Positions 49,038 through 57,850 of a stretch of DNA of 64,000 bases are shown here, one piece after another. Numbering within the stretch: the first letter of the stretch is position 1; every line of letters starts with the position of its first letter. The DNA is from an uncultured bacterium (GTDB lineage Bacteria; Bacillota_I; Bacilli_A; RFN20; CAG-826): contig CASEKC010000001.1 of assembly GCA_949288485.1 (NCBI GenBank), positions 7,070 to 71,069 of the forward strand, in the 5' to 3' direction. A program made the position numbers and the translations under genes. The notes beneath the pieces are model-generated. The model searched no databases. It was not told where the DNA came from and was given only the letters and a program-made list of their open reading frames with translations.

Positions 49038-51635
49038 ATGAAAAAAATGAGTTCACAACAAATCAGAGATACTTGGTTAAATTTCTTTAAAGAAAGAGGA
49101 CATATGATTGAACCAGGCGCAAGCTTAATTCCTCATAATGATCCATCTTTACTTTGGATCAATGCCGGTGTTGCTGCATTAAAAAAATATTTTGACGGTA
49201 GTGAAATTCCAGAATGTAAAAGAATCACTAACGTTCAAAAATGTATTAGAACTAACGATATAGATAATGTAGGAAGAACTGCAAGACATCATACTTTTTT
49301 CGAAATGCTTGGTAATTTTTCTATTGGCGACTATTTTAGAAAAGAAATTGTTGCTTGGGCTTTTGAAATTTTAACAAGTGATAAATATTTTGGCTTACCT
49401 AAAGATAAACTTTATGTTTCATATCATCCAGATGATCTTGAAACTAGAGATTTATGGATTAAAGAAGGGTTATCAAGTGATCATTTAATTCCTTTAGAAG
49501 GAAATTTCTGGCAAATCGGCGAGGGACCTTGCGGACCAAATACTGAAGTATTTTTTGATCGTGGTGAAAAATACGATCCTGAAAATATTGGAATCGATTT
49601 ATTAAAAAACGATATGGAAAATGATCGTTATATTGAAATTTGGGGTATTGTTTTTTCTCAATTTAATGCTGTAAATGGTGTTGAAAGGAAAGATTATAAA
49701 GAATTGCCACATAAAAATATCGATACAGGTGCAGGTTTAGAAAGAATCGCATGTGTTTTACAAGAAACAGAAACAAATTTTGAAACTGATCTTTTCATGC
49801 CTTACATTGTCGAGACTCAAAAATTATGTAATAAACCATATGAAGGTGAATTCTTAATGCCTTATAGAGTTATTGCTGATCATATTAGAGCTTGTACATT
49901 TGCTTTAGCTGATGGAGAATTTTTCTCAAATGAAGGTAGAGGCTATGTTTTAAGAAGACTTTTAAGAAGAGCAATGAAATATGGACAAAAATTAGGCTTC
50001 CATGAACCATTTTTGTATAAATTAGTTCCAACAGTTATTGAAGTAATGAAAGGTTTCTATCCATATTTAATTGATAAAAAAGAATTCTTAATGAAAATTA
50101 TTAAATCTGAAGAAGAAAAATTTATTAAAACATTAAATAGCGGTGAAAATATTTTAAATGTCATGATTGAAGGCAAAAAGGAATTATCTGGCGAAGATGC
50201 TTTTAAGCTTTATGATACTTATGGCTTCCCAATCGAATTAACCGTTGAAATTTGTCAAGATAGTGGAGTTACAGTTGATTTAGATAAGTTTCATGATTGT
50301 TTAAATAAACAAAAAGAACTTGCAAGAAATTCAAGAAAAAATATTGAATCATTTAATAAACAATCTAAAGATTTATTGGAATTTTCCACCCCATCAACAT
50401 TTACTTACAATTACAATGATTTAATAAGTAAAGTCATCGGTTTATTTAAAGATGGTGTTAAAGTTAACTCAATCGAAGATGAAGGAGATGTTATTTTCGA
50501 AAATACAAATTTCTATGCTGAAATGGGAGGACAAGTTGCTGATACTGGCGTAATTGAAAATTCTAATTTCAATGCTATTGTTACAAATGTAATAAAAGCG
50601 CCAAATAAACAACATTTACACCATATTAAAGTTAAATTTGGGAAATTATCTTTAAACGATGAAGTTACATTATGTATCGATAAAGAAAGACGTTTTGCAA
50701 TTATGAAAAATCATAGTGCAACCCATCTTTTACAATCTGCATTAATTAAATATGTTGGAAGTGATGTAAAACAAAAAGGCAGCTTTGTTAATGAAGAATA
50801 CTTACGTTTCGATTTCTCTCATTTTGAAAAAATAGATCAAGTAACATTAAATAAAGTAGAAAAAGAAGTTAATAATTATATTTCAATGATGATAGAAAAT
50901 AAAACATTGGAATTACCACTCGAAGAAGCTAAAAAAACAGGTGCACTCGCTGAATTTGATGGTAAATATGGTGATTTGGTCAGAGTTGTAACTTTTGGAG
51001 ATGTTTCAAAAGAATTCTGTGGTGGTACACATGTTAAAAACACTTCAGATATTGGATTATTTGTAATTAAAAGCGAAGAAAGTATTTCAGCAGGTGTAAG
51101 AAGAATTGAAGCTACAGCTTCATTAGAAGCTTATAAATTCTTGAAACAAAGAGATGAAATTTTAGGAGAAATTAGAAATCATTTAGGTGTAAAATCAAAC
51201 AGTGAACTTTTTACAAGATTAGTTGCAATTAATAATGAAGTTACTGAATTCAAAGAATCTATTAAAAAATTAAACAAAAAAATATTTGATTCAAATGCAG
51301 ATTCTATTTCTTCATTAATTAAACCTGAAACTGAACTATCTTTTATTGTAAAACACTTTAATGATGTAAATAGAGAAGGTTTAATTCATATTTTAGATAA
51401 AATTAAGTCAAAAACTAGTAATTATTTAGTAGTAATTTCCGGCGATGAAAATGGCAAACGTCCTTTAATTGTTGGTGTTGGAAAAGATTTAATTTCTAAA
51501 GGAATTAAAGCCGGAGATATTTTAAAGAAGGTTACTCTTGTTTGCGGCGGAAAAGGCGGAGGTAAACCTGACCGTGCACAAGGTAATATTGAAAATGTTG
51601 ATAAATTAAACTTTAAAGAAGAAGATTTAAAATAA
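49038..51635 (+). CDS. alaS: alanine--tRNA ligase
   Basis: Class II core, editing-domain HxxxH (HSATHLL) and C-terminal DHHA1 region. Confidence 0.9.
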   Translation: MKKMSSQQIRDTWLNFFKERGHMIEPGASLIPHNDPSLLWINAGVAALKKYFDGSEIPECKRITNVQKCIRTNDIDNVGRTARHHTFFEMLGNFSIGDYFRKEIVAWAFEILTSDKYFGLPKDKLYVSYHPDDLETRDLWIKEGLSSDHLIPLEGNFWQIGEGPCGPNTEVFFDRGEKYDPENIGIDLLKNDMENDRYIEIWGIVFSQFNAVNGVERKDYKELPHKNIDTGAGLERIACVLQETETNFETDLFMPYIVETQKLCNKPYEGEFLMPYRVIADHIRACTFALADGEFFSNEGRGYVLRRLLRRAMKYGQKLGFHEPFLYKLVPTVIEVMKGFYPYLIDKKEFLMKIIKSEEEKFIKTLNSGENILNVMIEGKKELSGEDAFKLYDTYGFPIELTVEICQDSGVTVDLDKFHDCLNKQKELARNSRKNIESFNKQSKDLLEFSTPSTFTYNYNDLISKVIGLFKDGVKVNSIEDEGDVIFENTNFYAEMGGQVADTGVIENSNFNAIVTNVIKAPNKQHLHHIKVKFGKLSLNDEVTLCIDKERRFAIMKNHSATHLLQSALIKYVGSDVKQKGSFVNEEYLRFDFSHFEKIDQVTLNKVEKEVNNYISMMIENKTLELPLEEAKKTGALAEFDGKYGDLVRVVTFGDVSKEFCGGTHVKNTSDIGLFVIKSEESISAGVRRIEATASLEAYKFLKQRDEILGEIRNHLGVKSNSELFTRLVAINNEVTEFKESIKKLNKKIFDSNADSISSLIKPETELSFIVKHFNDVNREGLIHILDKIKSKTSNYLVVISGDENGKRPLIVGVGKDLISKGIKAGDILKKVTLVCGGKGGGKPDRAQGNIENVDKLNFKEEDLK

Positions 51636-52058
51636 ATGGAAAAATATATTGGATTAGATTTAGGAACAACAACTTTAGGCATTGTTTATAATGATTCTTT
51701 AGGAATTATTCATAACTATGAAAATTTTACATTTGAAAAAGGAAATTATAAAAAGGCTAGAGAACATTTAGTTGATGTTGTTAAAAAACTAGATATTAAA
51801 AAAATTGTATTAGGTCTACCTTTACAAATTGATAGAAATGAAGGTGAACGCTGTAAATCCGTTAGAAGATTTGCTAATGATGTATTAAAATTAGATAATT
51901 CTATTGAATTCATTTATTTTGATGAATCTTATTCTACTTTTGAAGCTAAAGAACGACTAATCGCCTCTGGAGCAAACAAAGAAGAAGTAAAGAAAAACAT
52001 TGATATGATGAGTGCTAATATAATTTTGGAAGATTTTTTAAGGAGTCAAAATGGCTAA
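51636..52058 (+). CDS. ruvX: Holliday-junction resolvase-like YqgF/RuvX
   Basis: IGLDLGTTTLGIV N-terminus; position after alaS as in Bacillus (yrrK). Confidence 0.8.
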   Translation: MEKYIGLDLGTTTLGIVYNDSLGIIHNYENFTFEKGNYKKAREHLVDVVKKLDIKKIVLGLPLQIDRNEGERCKSVRRFANDVLKLDNSIEFIYFDESYSTFEAKERLIASGANKEEVKKNIDMMSANIILEDFLRSQNG

Positions 52059-52320
52059 AATATTAAACGAAAATGAAATTCAAATTTTTGATGAAGAAGG
52101 TAATGAATATTTATACAACATCCTTTTCACTTATGAAAATAAAGAAAGAGGAGCTGAATATGTATTCGTTTATGATCCAGCAAAACCAAGTGATGTTTAC
52201 GTTATGAAATACAATGAAAGCGGTGAACTTTTCGAAGTAACTGATGAAGAAGAACTTGAAGAAGCTGATGAAGTTTTAGGAGCATATGAAGAAGATCCTA
52301 AAATTAACGACATTAAATAA
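52051..52320 (+). CDS. DUF1292 (YrzB-like) protein
   Basis: Small acidic protein ...DEEGNEY...EYVFVYDP...; conserved partner of ruvX. Confidence 0.7.
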   Translation: MAKILNENEIQIFDEEGNEYLYNILFTYENKERGAEYVFVYDPAKPSDVYVMKYNESGELFEVTDEEELEEADEVLGAYEEDPKINDIK

Positions 52321-52374
52321 TGGTATTTAAACTAAATTATGATAAAATATTTGAGCAAATAGCGAGGAAAATAT

Positions 52375-52857
52375 ATGGTAAATTCAAAAGATTTGATTTT
52401 AACACAAGAAGGTGTAGAAAATTTAAAAAAAGAATATAGACATCTTTTAGATGTAGAACGTCCAGCAGTTATTGAACAACTTCAAAATGCTAGAGCAATG
52501 GGTGACCTTTCAGAAAATGCTGACTACGATGCAGCAAGAAATAAACAAGCCGAAATTGAAGGACGTATTAAAGAAATTGAAGCTATTTTAGCTGATGCAA
52601 AAATTATTGCTGATAATAAAAAAGCTAAAGAAGTTAAAGTTTCTAATACAGTTACTTATAAAGATTTATCAACAGGTGAAGTTGATACTGTAAAAATTGT
52701 TTCTTCAATTGAATCTGATCCACTTTCTGATTTGAATAACAAGAAAATTTCAAACGTTTGTGCATTAGGTTCTGCTTTAATTGGCCATTTAGTTGGTGAT
52801 AAAGTCGTTGTTAAAGCTGTCAAACCATACGAAATTGAAATTCTTGAGATAAAATAA
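52375..52857 (+). CDS. greA: transcription elongation factor GreA
   Basis: LTQEGVENLKKEYRHL... coiled coil, DLSENADYDAA acidic tip motif. Confidence 0.85.
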   Translation: MVNSKDLILTQEGVENLKKEYRHLLDVERPAVIEQLQNARAMGDLSENADYDAARNKQAEIEGRIKEIEAILADAKIIADNKKAKEVKVSNTVTYKDLSTGEVDTVKIVSSIESDPLSDLNNKKISNVCALGSALIGHLVGDKVVVKAVKPYEIEILEIK

Positions 52858-52877
52858 TTAAAAAAAGTGAATATAAA

Positions 52878-52918
52878 ACCTCCTTTATAGCATTCTTGTA
52901 TATAAAGGAGGTTTTTTA
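52878..52918 (+). terminator. Rho-independent terminator after greA; its 3' arm carries the comEA RBS
   Basis: aaaacctccttta-tagcattcttgtata-taaaggaggtttttt. Confidence 0.6.
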
Positions 52919-52919
52919 T

Positions 52920-53471
52920 ATGGTAATAAAGATTATTTTAGGAGCGTTAGTTGTTACTGTTATCGGCATTGTAGTTTTTAAAGCTATTGATCCAAATTTA
53001 AATAATGGAGGAAATACTGATTCAGGATTAATTGATGATGGTATCGAAGAAGAATCAAAAATCTCTGTTGGAATTAGCGGCGAAATAACTAGAGCTGGAA
53101 ATTATGTATTAGATGAAGGCGCTACAATGGCTCAATTAATCGAAACAGCCGGAGGAGTAACTACAAACGCTGATGAAAGATGTTATTTTTTTGAAGCTGT
53201 TTTAACTGAAAATGAATCATATTATATTCCACCAAAATTTGAAATTGATGATGTTTGTGGCAATAATCCAATCGAAAAAATAAATATTAATACTGCATCG
53301 CAAGCTGAATTAATGGATATTACAGGTGTCGGTTCAACAATTAGTCAAAAAATAGTTTCATACCGCGATGAAAATGGAATATTTTATACGCTCGAAGCAT
53401 TAAAAAATGTTTCTGGTGTTGGAAATGCAACTTTTTCTAAGATGAAAAACGAAATTATTTTGAAGGATTAA
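52920..53471 (+). CDS. comEA: competence protein ComEA (DNA receptor), membrane anchored
   Basis: N-terminal TM, C-terminal tandem HhH (INTASQAELMDITGVGSTISQKI...VSGVG). Start moved to ATG after AAAGGAGG, since the earlier ATG sits in the terminator stem. Confidence 0.7.
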   Translation: MVIKIILGALVVTVIGIVVFKAIDPNLNNGGNTDSGLIDDGIEEESKISVGISGEITRAGNYVLDEGATMAQLIETAGGVTTNADERCYFFEAVLTENESYYIPPKFEIDDVCGNNPIEKININTASQAELMDITGVGSTISQKIVSYRDENGIFYTLEALKNVSGVGNATFSKMKNEIILKD

Positions 53472-53472
53472 A

Positions 53473-55497
53473 ATGATCTTTTTAACGGTTTTTCTTTCTT
53501 TATTATCATCCGCTTTGATATATAACGGGTCTTTTGTTTATGGTCTAGTATTTTTAATAATAAATATTTTCCTATTAATTAAAGAAAAAAATAAAAAAAT
53601 ATTTTATTTTTCGTTAGTTATTTTTATTGGGTTTATATTATTTTTATTGATCAAATCATTTTTAAATAATATAAATCTTAATTATTTCTTAGTATTAGAA
53701 AGAAAAGAAAGTTATGCTGTTATTTTTAATGGTTTTAAATCTTTTTATTTAAATATAGAAGATAATTCAACATTAGACTCTTTTGATATAATCAAAATTG
53801 AAAAACCGTTATTAGAAAAATTAGATTTTAATGTTTTAGAATCCGGTTTTGATTTTAAGTCATATTTATTTTCAAAAAGTGTTGATTATCAAATTTCCTA
53901 TGAAAAGATAGAGGTAGTTTTTAACTTTCCTTTATCTTTTTATTTTATGAAAAAGAATTTTTTAGATGGCATAAAAAATCCCATATATCAAAATTTTCTA
54001 AGTGGAATTTTGTTTTCAACAATGAATTATGATTTAAAGGAAACATTTTTAGTTAAAGATCTTCAAATTATCACTTTATTTTCACAAACCGGAATATATT
54101 TAAACTTTATTTTATATGGATTAAAAAAGATATTCGAACTTAAATTTGATGAAAAAAGAGCTTATATTTATTCATTTTTATTATTTTTACCATTTTTATT
54201 TATAAATATAATTCGATTTACAACAATTAAAGTAATTACGTTTTATATTTTTAATTTTATTAATAAATTTTATTTTAATAAAAAATTTAATAGAGTCGAG
54301 ATAATTTCTCTTGTTGGTTCATTTTTTATTGTGATTAGTAGTAGAATAATTTTCCAAGCAGGATTTTATATATCTTTTTTAATTTATTTTTATCTTTATT
54401 TAACATCTTCAAAATTTTATGAATTTAAGCCTATAGAAAAAAAGTTTGCAACTCAAATATTATTAACGTTAATAATTATCCCTTTTAATATTTCATTTAA
54501 TAATTCTTTTAATTTTCTATCAATAATTTTCATGATGATTTTATTACCTTTTAGTAAAGTAATGTTTATCATTTCTTTATTAACTTTTCTATTTTTACCA
54601 AGCGAAATAATAGAATGGTTAATAGATATAAATTATCGAATTATTTATTCATTCGATTCTTTAAAAATTAATATTTTTGTACCTAAATTTAATGAATTAA
54701 CAATGATAATTTATTATTTATTATTAAGTCTATTTCTTTATTTTTTCGAGATTAATTATAAAAAAAGATATGAGCAAATAGCATTGGTTTTTCTATTTTC
54801 CGTATCTATATATATTCTTCCAATAGAAAATAGTTTCTCATATCAAGTCAGTTTTATTAATGTTGGGCAAGGAGATTCGACATTAATAAGAGATAGAAAT
54901 AAAACATACTTAATTGATACTGGTGGATTGACTTATACAGATCTTGCAACGAATAATTTGATACCGTTTTTAAAGAAAAATAGAATTTATTCTCTCGATG
55001 CAGTTATTATAACTCACTATGATTTTGACCATTATGGAGCGTTAGAATCATTAAAAGAAAATTTTAATATTAAAGATATTTATGATTATAATAATTTTGA
55101 TAATTTTAAAGAAAAAAACGATTTGAATATTAAAAATTTAAATGATTATTATGATGTTTGGACTGATGAAAACGATAGATCGCTTGTTTTATATTTAAAT
55201 TTGAATGAGGAATATTTTTTATTTATGGGAGATGCTTCAAAAACTATTGAAAAAAAGATAATCGATGAATATAAATCTTTAACTGTAGATTATTTAAAAG
55301 TTTCACATCATGGATCGTCTTCAGCATCATCTTTAGATTTTTTAAAATTTATAAATCCAAAAGAAGCTATCATTTCAGCTGGAAAAAATAATTTTTACAG
55401 ACATCCTAATAAAGAAGTTTTAGATAATTTAAATAAGTGTAATATTAAAATTAGAAGAACTGACTTAGAAGGTACAATCACATATAAATTTATTTAA
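53473..55497 (+). CDS. comEC: DNA internalization competence protein ComEC/Rec2
   Basis: Polytopic membrane domain plus C-terminal metallo-beta-lactamase (ITHYDFDHYG, SHHGS). Confidence 0.8.
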   Translation: MIFLTVFLSLLSSALIYNGSFVYGLVFLIINIFLLIKEKNKKIFYFSLVIFIGFILFLLIKSFLNNINLNYFLVLERKESYAVIFNGFKSFYLNIEDNSTLDSFDIIKIEKPLLEKLDFNVLESGFDFKSYLFSKSVDYQISYEKIEVVFNFPLSFYFMKKNFLDGIKNPIYQNFLSGILFSTMNYDLKETFLVKDLQIITLFSQTGIYLNFILYGLKKIFELKFDEKRAYIYSFLLFLPFLFINIIRFTTIKVITFYIFNFINKFYFNKKFNRVEIISLVGSFFIVISSRIIFQAGFYISFLIYFYLYLTSSKFYEFKPIEKKFATQILLTLIIIPFNISFNNSFNFLSIIFMMILLPFSKVMFIISLLTFLFLPSEIIEWLIDINYRIIYSFDSLKINIFVPKFNELTMIIYYLLLSLFLYFFEINYKKRYEQIALVFLFSVSIYILPIENSFSYQVSFINVGQGDSTLIRDRNKTYLIDTGGLTYTDLATNNLIPFLKKNRIYSLDAVIITHYDFDHYGALESLKENFNIKDIYDYNNFDNFKEKNDLNIKNLNDYYDVWTDENDRSLVLYLNLNEEYFLFMGDASKTIEKKIIDEYKSLTVDYLKVSHHGSSSASSLDFLKFINPKEAIISAGKNNFYRHPNKEVLDNLNKCNIKIRRTDLEGTITYKFI

Positions 55498-55520
55498 CTT
55501 TATAGTAAAATATTTTTATT

Positions 55521-56483
55521 ATGAATTATATTTTATTTGGCAGTGAAGAATTTTTAATTAATCAAAGAGTCAAGAAGATGATTAAATCTTTTTTTGATAA
55601 TGAAGAGCCAAATATTTTTAGAAGCGATTATTTAGAAGTTGGTGTTGATGAATGTAATTCCTCATTAGAAGAAGTTGGTTTAGGATTTTTTTCAAAGAAA
55701 GTAGTTATTTTAGATAATGCCGATTTTTTATCTGTTGATAAAGAACGTAAAAAAGTCGAAGGGTATAAATTAGAAAAATTAATTAATAATTTAAATGCTA
55801 ATGATGAAGAAATATTAATGATCTTTATCACAAAGAAAGATAGTTTACTAAAAAGAAGTGAAGTAGTTAAATTAATTGAAAAAATCGGTAAAATATATTC
55901 TTTTCCTGCTATTAAAAAGAATGACTTTTTATCTTATATTAGGAAATATTTTGAAATGAATGGTTTTGAAATAGATGATATTGCTCTTAAATTGATTTCT
56001 GAAAATGTCGGGACTGATTTATATCTTTTTTCAAATGAAGCAAAAAAATTAATGTTTTATTCAAGTGATAAAGTTATAGATAGAAAAGATGTGGAAGATA
56101 TTTGCTCAATTAATATTTCTGATAATGTTTTTGAACTTTCAAATGCTATATTATCTAGAAACTTTGAAAAAATTTTTAAGATTTATAATGATTTAATTAT
56201 TCGAAATATTGAACCTATAACTTTAATTTCTTTTTTGTGCACGAACTTTATTTTTTATGATGAAATATTATTTTTGGCAAAATCTGGAAGAAGTAATGAA
56301 GAAATTGCATCTATGTTAAGTGCAAATCCTTATCGTGTACAAATTTCCCTAAAAAACTTGAAAAATTATAATACTAATAAAATTGCTAAAATTTTAAATG
56401 ATTTATTTAAATTAGATAAAGATATTAAATTAGGAAATGTTGATCGCTTTTTTGCTTTCGAAATGTTTTTAACTTCTTTATAA
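55521..56483 (+). CDS. holA: DNA polymerase III delta subunit
   Basis: 320 aa; position after comEC as in Bacillus (yqeN/holA). Confidence 0.65.
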   Translation: MNYILFGSEEFLINQRVKKMIKSFFDNEEPNIFRSDYLEVGVDECNSSLEEVGLGFFSKKVVILDNADFLSVDKERKKVEGYKLEKLINNLNANDEEILMIFITKKDSLLKRSEVVKLIEKIGKIYSFPAIKKNDFLSYIRKYFEMNGFEIDDIALKLISENVGTDLYLFSNEAKKLMFYSSDKVIDRKDVEDICSINISDNVFELSNAILSRNFEKIFKIYNDLIIRNIEPITLISFLCTNFIFYDEILFLAKSGRSNEEIASMLSANPYRVQISLKNLKNYNTNKIAKILNDLFKLDKDIKLGNVDRFFAFEMFLTSL

Positions 56484-56487
56484 AATA

Positions 56488-56516
56488 AAAAATAAGTACC
56501 CATTTTGGTACTTATT
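56488..56516. terminator. bidirectional terminator between holA and rpsT
   Basis: aataagtacc-catttt-ggtacttatt flanked by A/T runs on both sides. Confidence 0.6.
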
Positions 56517-56775
56517 TAATTGAATTAACTAGATTTTGTAATGAACTCTTTTCTCTAGCAGCAGTTTTTGTATGGACAATACCTTTAACAACTGCTCTAT
56601 CAATAATAGAAACTGCTTTATTTAAAGCTAAAGTAGCTTTTTCAACGTCTTTACTTTCACAAGCGACTCTAACAGCTTTCATTGCGGTTCTTAATTTTGA
56701 TTTGTAAGAGATATTTCTTAATCTAGCTTTTTCGTTAGTTTTATTTCTTTTGATTTGTGATTTGATATTTGCCAT
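56512..56775 (-). CDS. rpsT: 30S ribosomal protein S20
   Basis: MANIKSQIKRNKTNEKARLRN... typical S20. Confidence 0.9.
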   Translation of the reverse strand: MANIKSQIKRNKTNEKARLRNISYKSKLRTAMKAVRVACESKDVEKATLALNKAVSIIDRAVVKGIVHTKTAAREKSSLQNLVNSIK

Positions 56776-56902
56776 AAATATACCTCAATTAATATCGCTT
56801 AAAAATGATACCAAAACTTTTATATAAAATCAACGCAAATTAATTACTTTTTTATCGAAAAATTGCTAAAATATTAAACAGTTATTGAGGAAGGAGAGAA
56901 CG

Positions 56903-57850
56903 ATGATAAGTAGAAAAGAAATTAGAATTTTATTTTTTGGAACTCCTGAAATTAGTGCTTATTTATTAGAAAAATTACTTGAAAATGGATATAACATTGT
57001 AGGTTTAGTAGCTCAAGAAGATAAACCTATAGGAAGGAAAGGTATAATTGAACCTGTTCCTACAAAAAAAGTTGCTTTAAAGTTTAATATTCCTGTTTTT
57101 CAATATAAGAAAATAAGTGAACATGTAAATGAAATAAAAGCCATCAATCCAGATTTAATTTTAACATTAGCTTTTGGTCAAATTGTCTCTCATGATATTT
57201 TGATGATTCCTAAATATGGTTGTTTAAATTTACATGGTTCTATATTACCAAAATATCGTGGAGCAGCTCCAATTCAATATTCTTTATTAAACGGAGATAG
57301 AGAAACCGGAATTTCTTTAATGGAAATGGTCGATAAAATGGATGCTGGAAAAGTTTATGCTATTGAAAGAGTTAAAATTGATGATGAAGATAATTTTACA
57401 AGTTTGGTCGAAAAATTAAAGATAGCTTCTTTTGATTGTATCGAAAAATATTTGGACGGATATTTAAATGGTGAATTAAAAGGAAATGAACAAGATGAAA
57501 ATCTTGTGACTTATACAAAGAAAATAAAAGAAGAAGATGAAATCATTGATTTTAATAATGAAGCTAAATCTGTTTTTAATAAAATTAGAGCTTTATCTAT
57601 GAATCCAGGCGCTCATTTTATTTTTAATAATGTTAAATTTAAGATTTTCAAATGTAATATCATTAATGATAATTCTCCCAAAGAAAGCGGAACAATTTTA
57701 TCTTATGATAAGAAGAACTTTATAATTAAGTGCGGTAAAGATGCTTTAAAAATTGAGCAAATTCAAAAACAAGGAAAGAAGATAATGAATTACTCTGATT
57801 TTTATAATGGAAATTCAAAAGAATTTAAAATTGGTGATTTAATTAAATAA
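56903..57850 (+). CDS. fmt: methionyl-tRNA formyltransferase (start moved to the ATG after the GAAGGAGAG RBS)
   Basis: ILFFGTPE, formyltransferase HGSILPKYRGAAPIQ, C-terminal domain. Confidence 0.85.
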   Translation: MISRKEIRILFFGTPEISAYLLEKLLENGYNIVGLVAQEDKPIGRKGIIEPVPTKKVALKFNIPVFQYKKISEHVNEIKAINPDLILTLAFGQIVSHDILMIPKYGCLNLHGSILPKYRGAAPIQYSLLNGDRETGISLMEMVDKMDAGKVYAIERVKIDDEDNFTSLVEKLKIASFDCIEKYLDGYLNGELKGNEQDENLVTYTKKIKEEDEIIDFNNEAKSVFNKIRALSMNPGAHFIFNNVKFKIFKCNIINDNSPKESGTILSYDKKNFIIKCGKDALKIEQIQKQGKKIMNYSDFYNGNSKEFKIGDLIK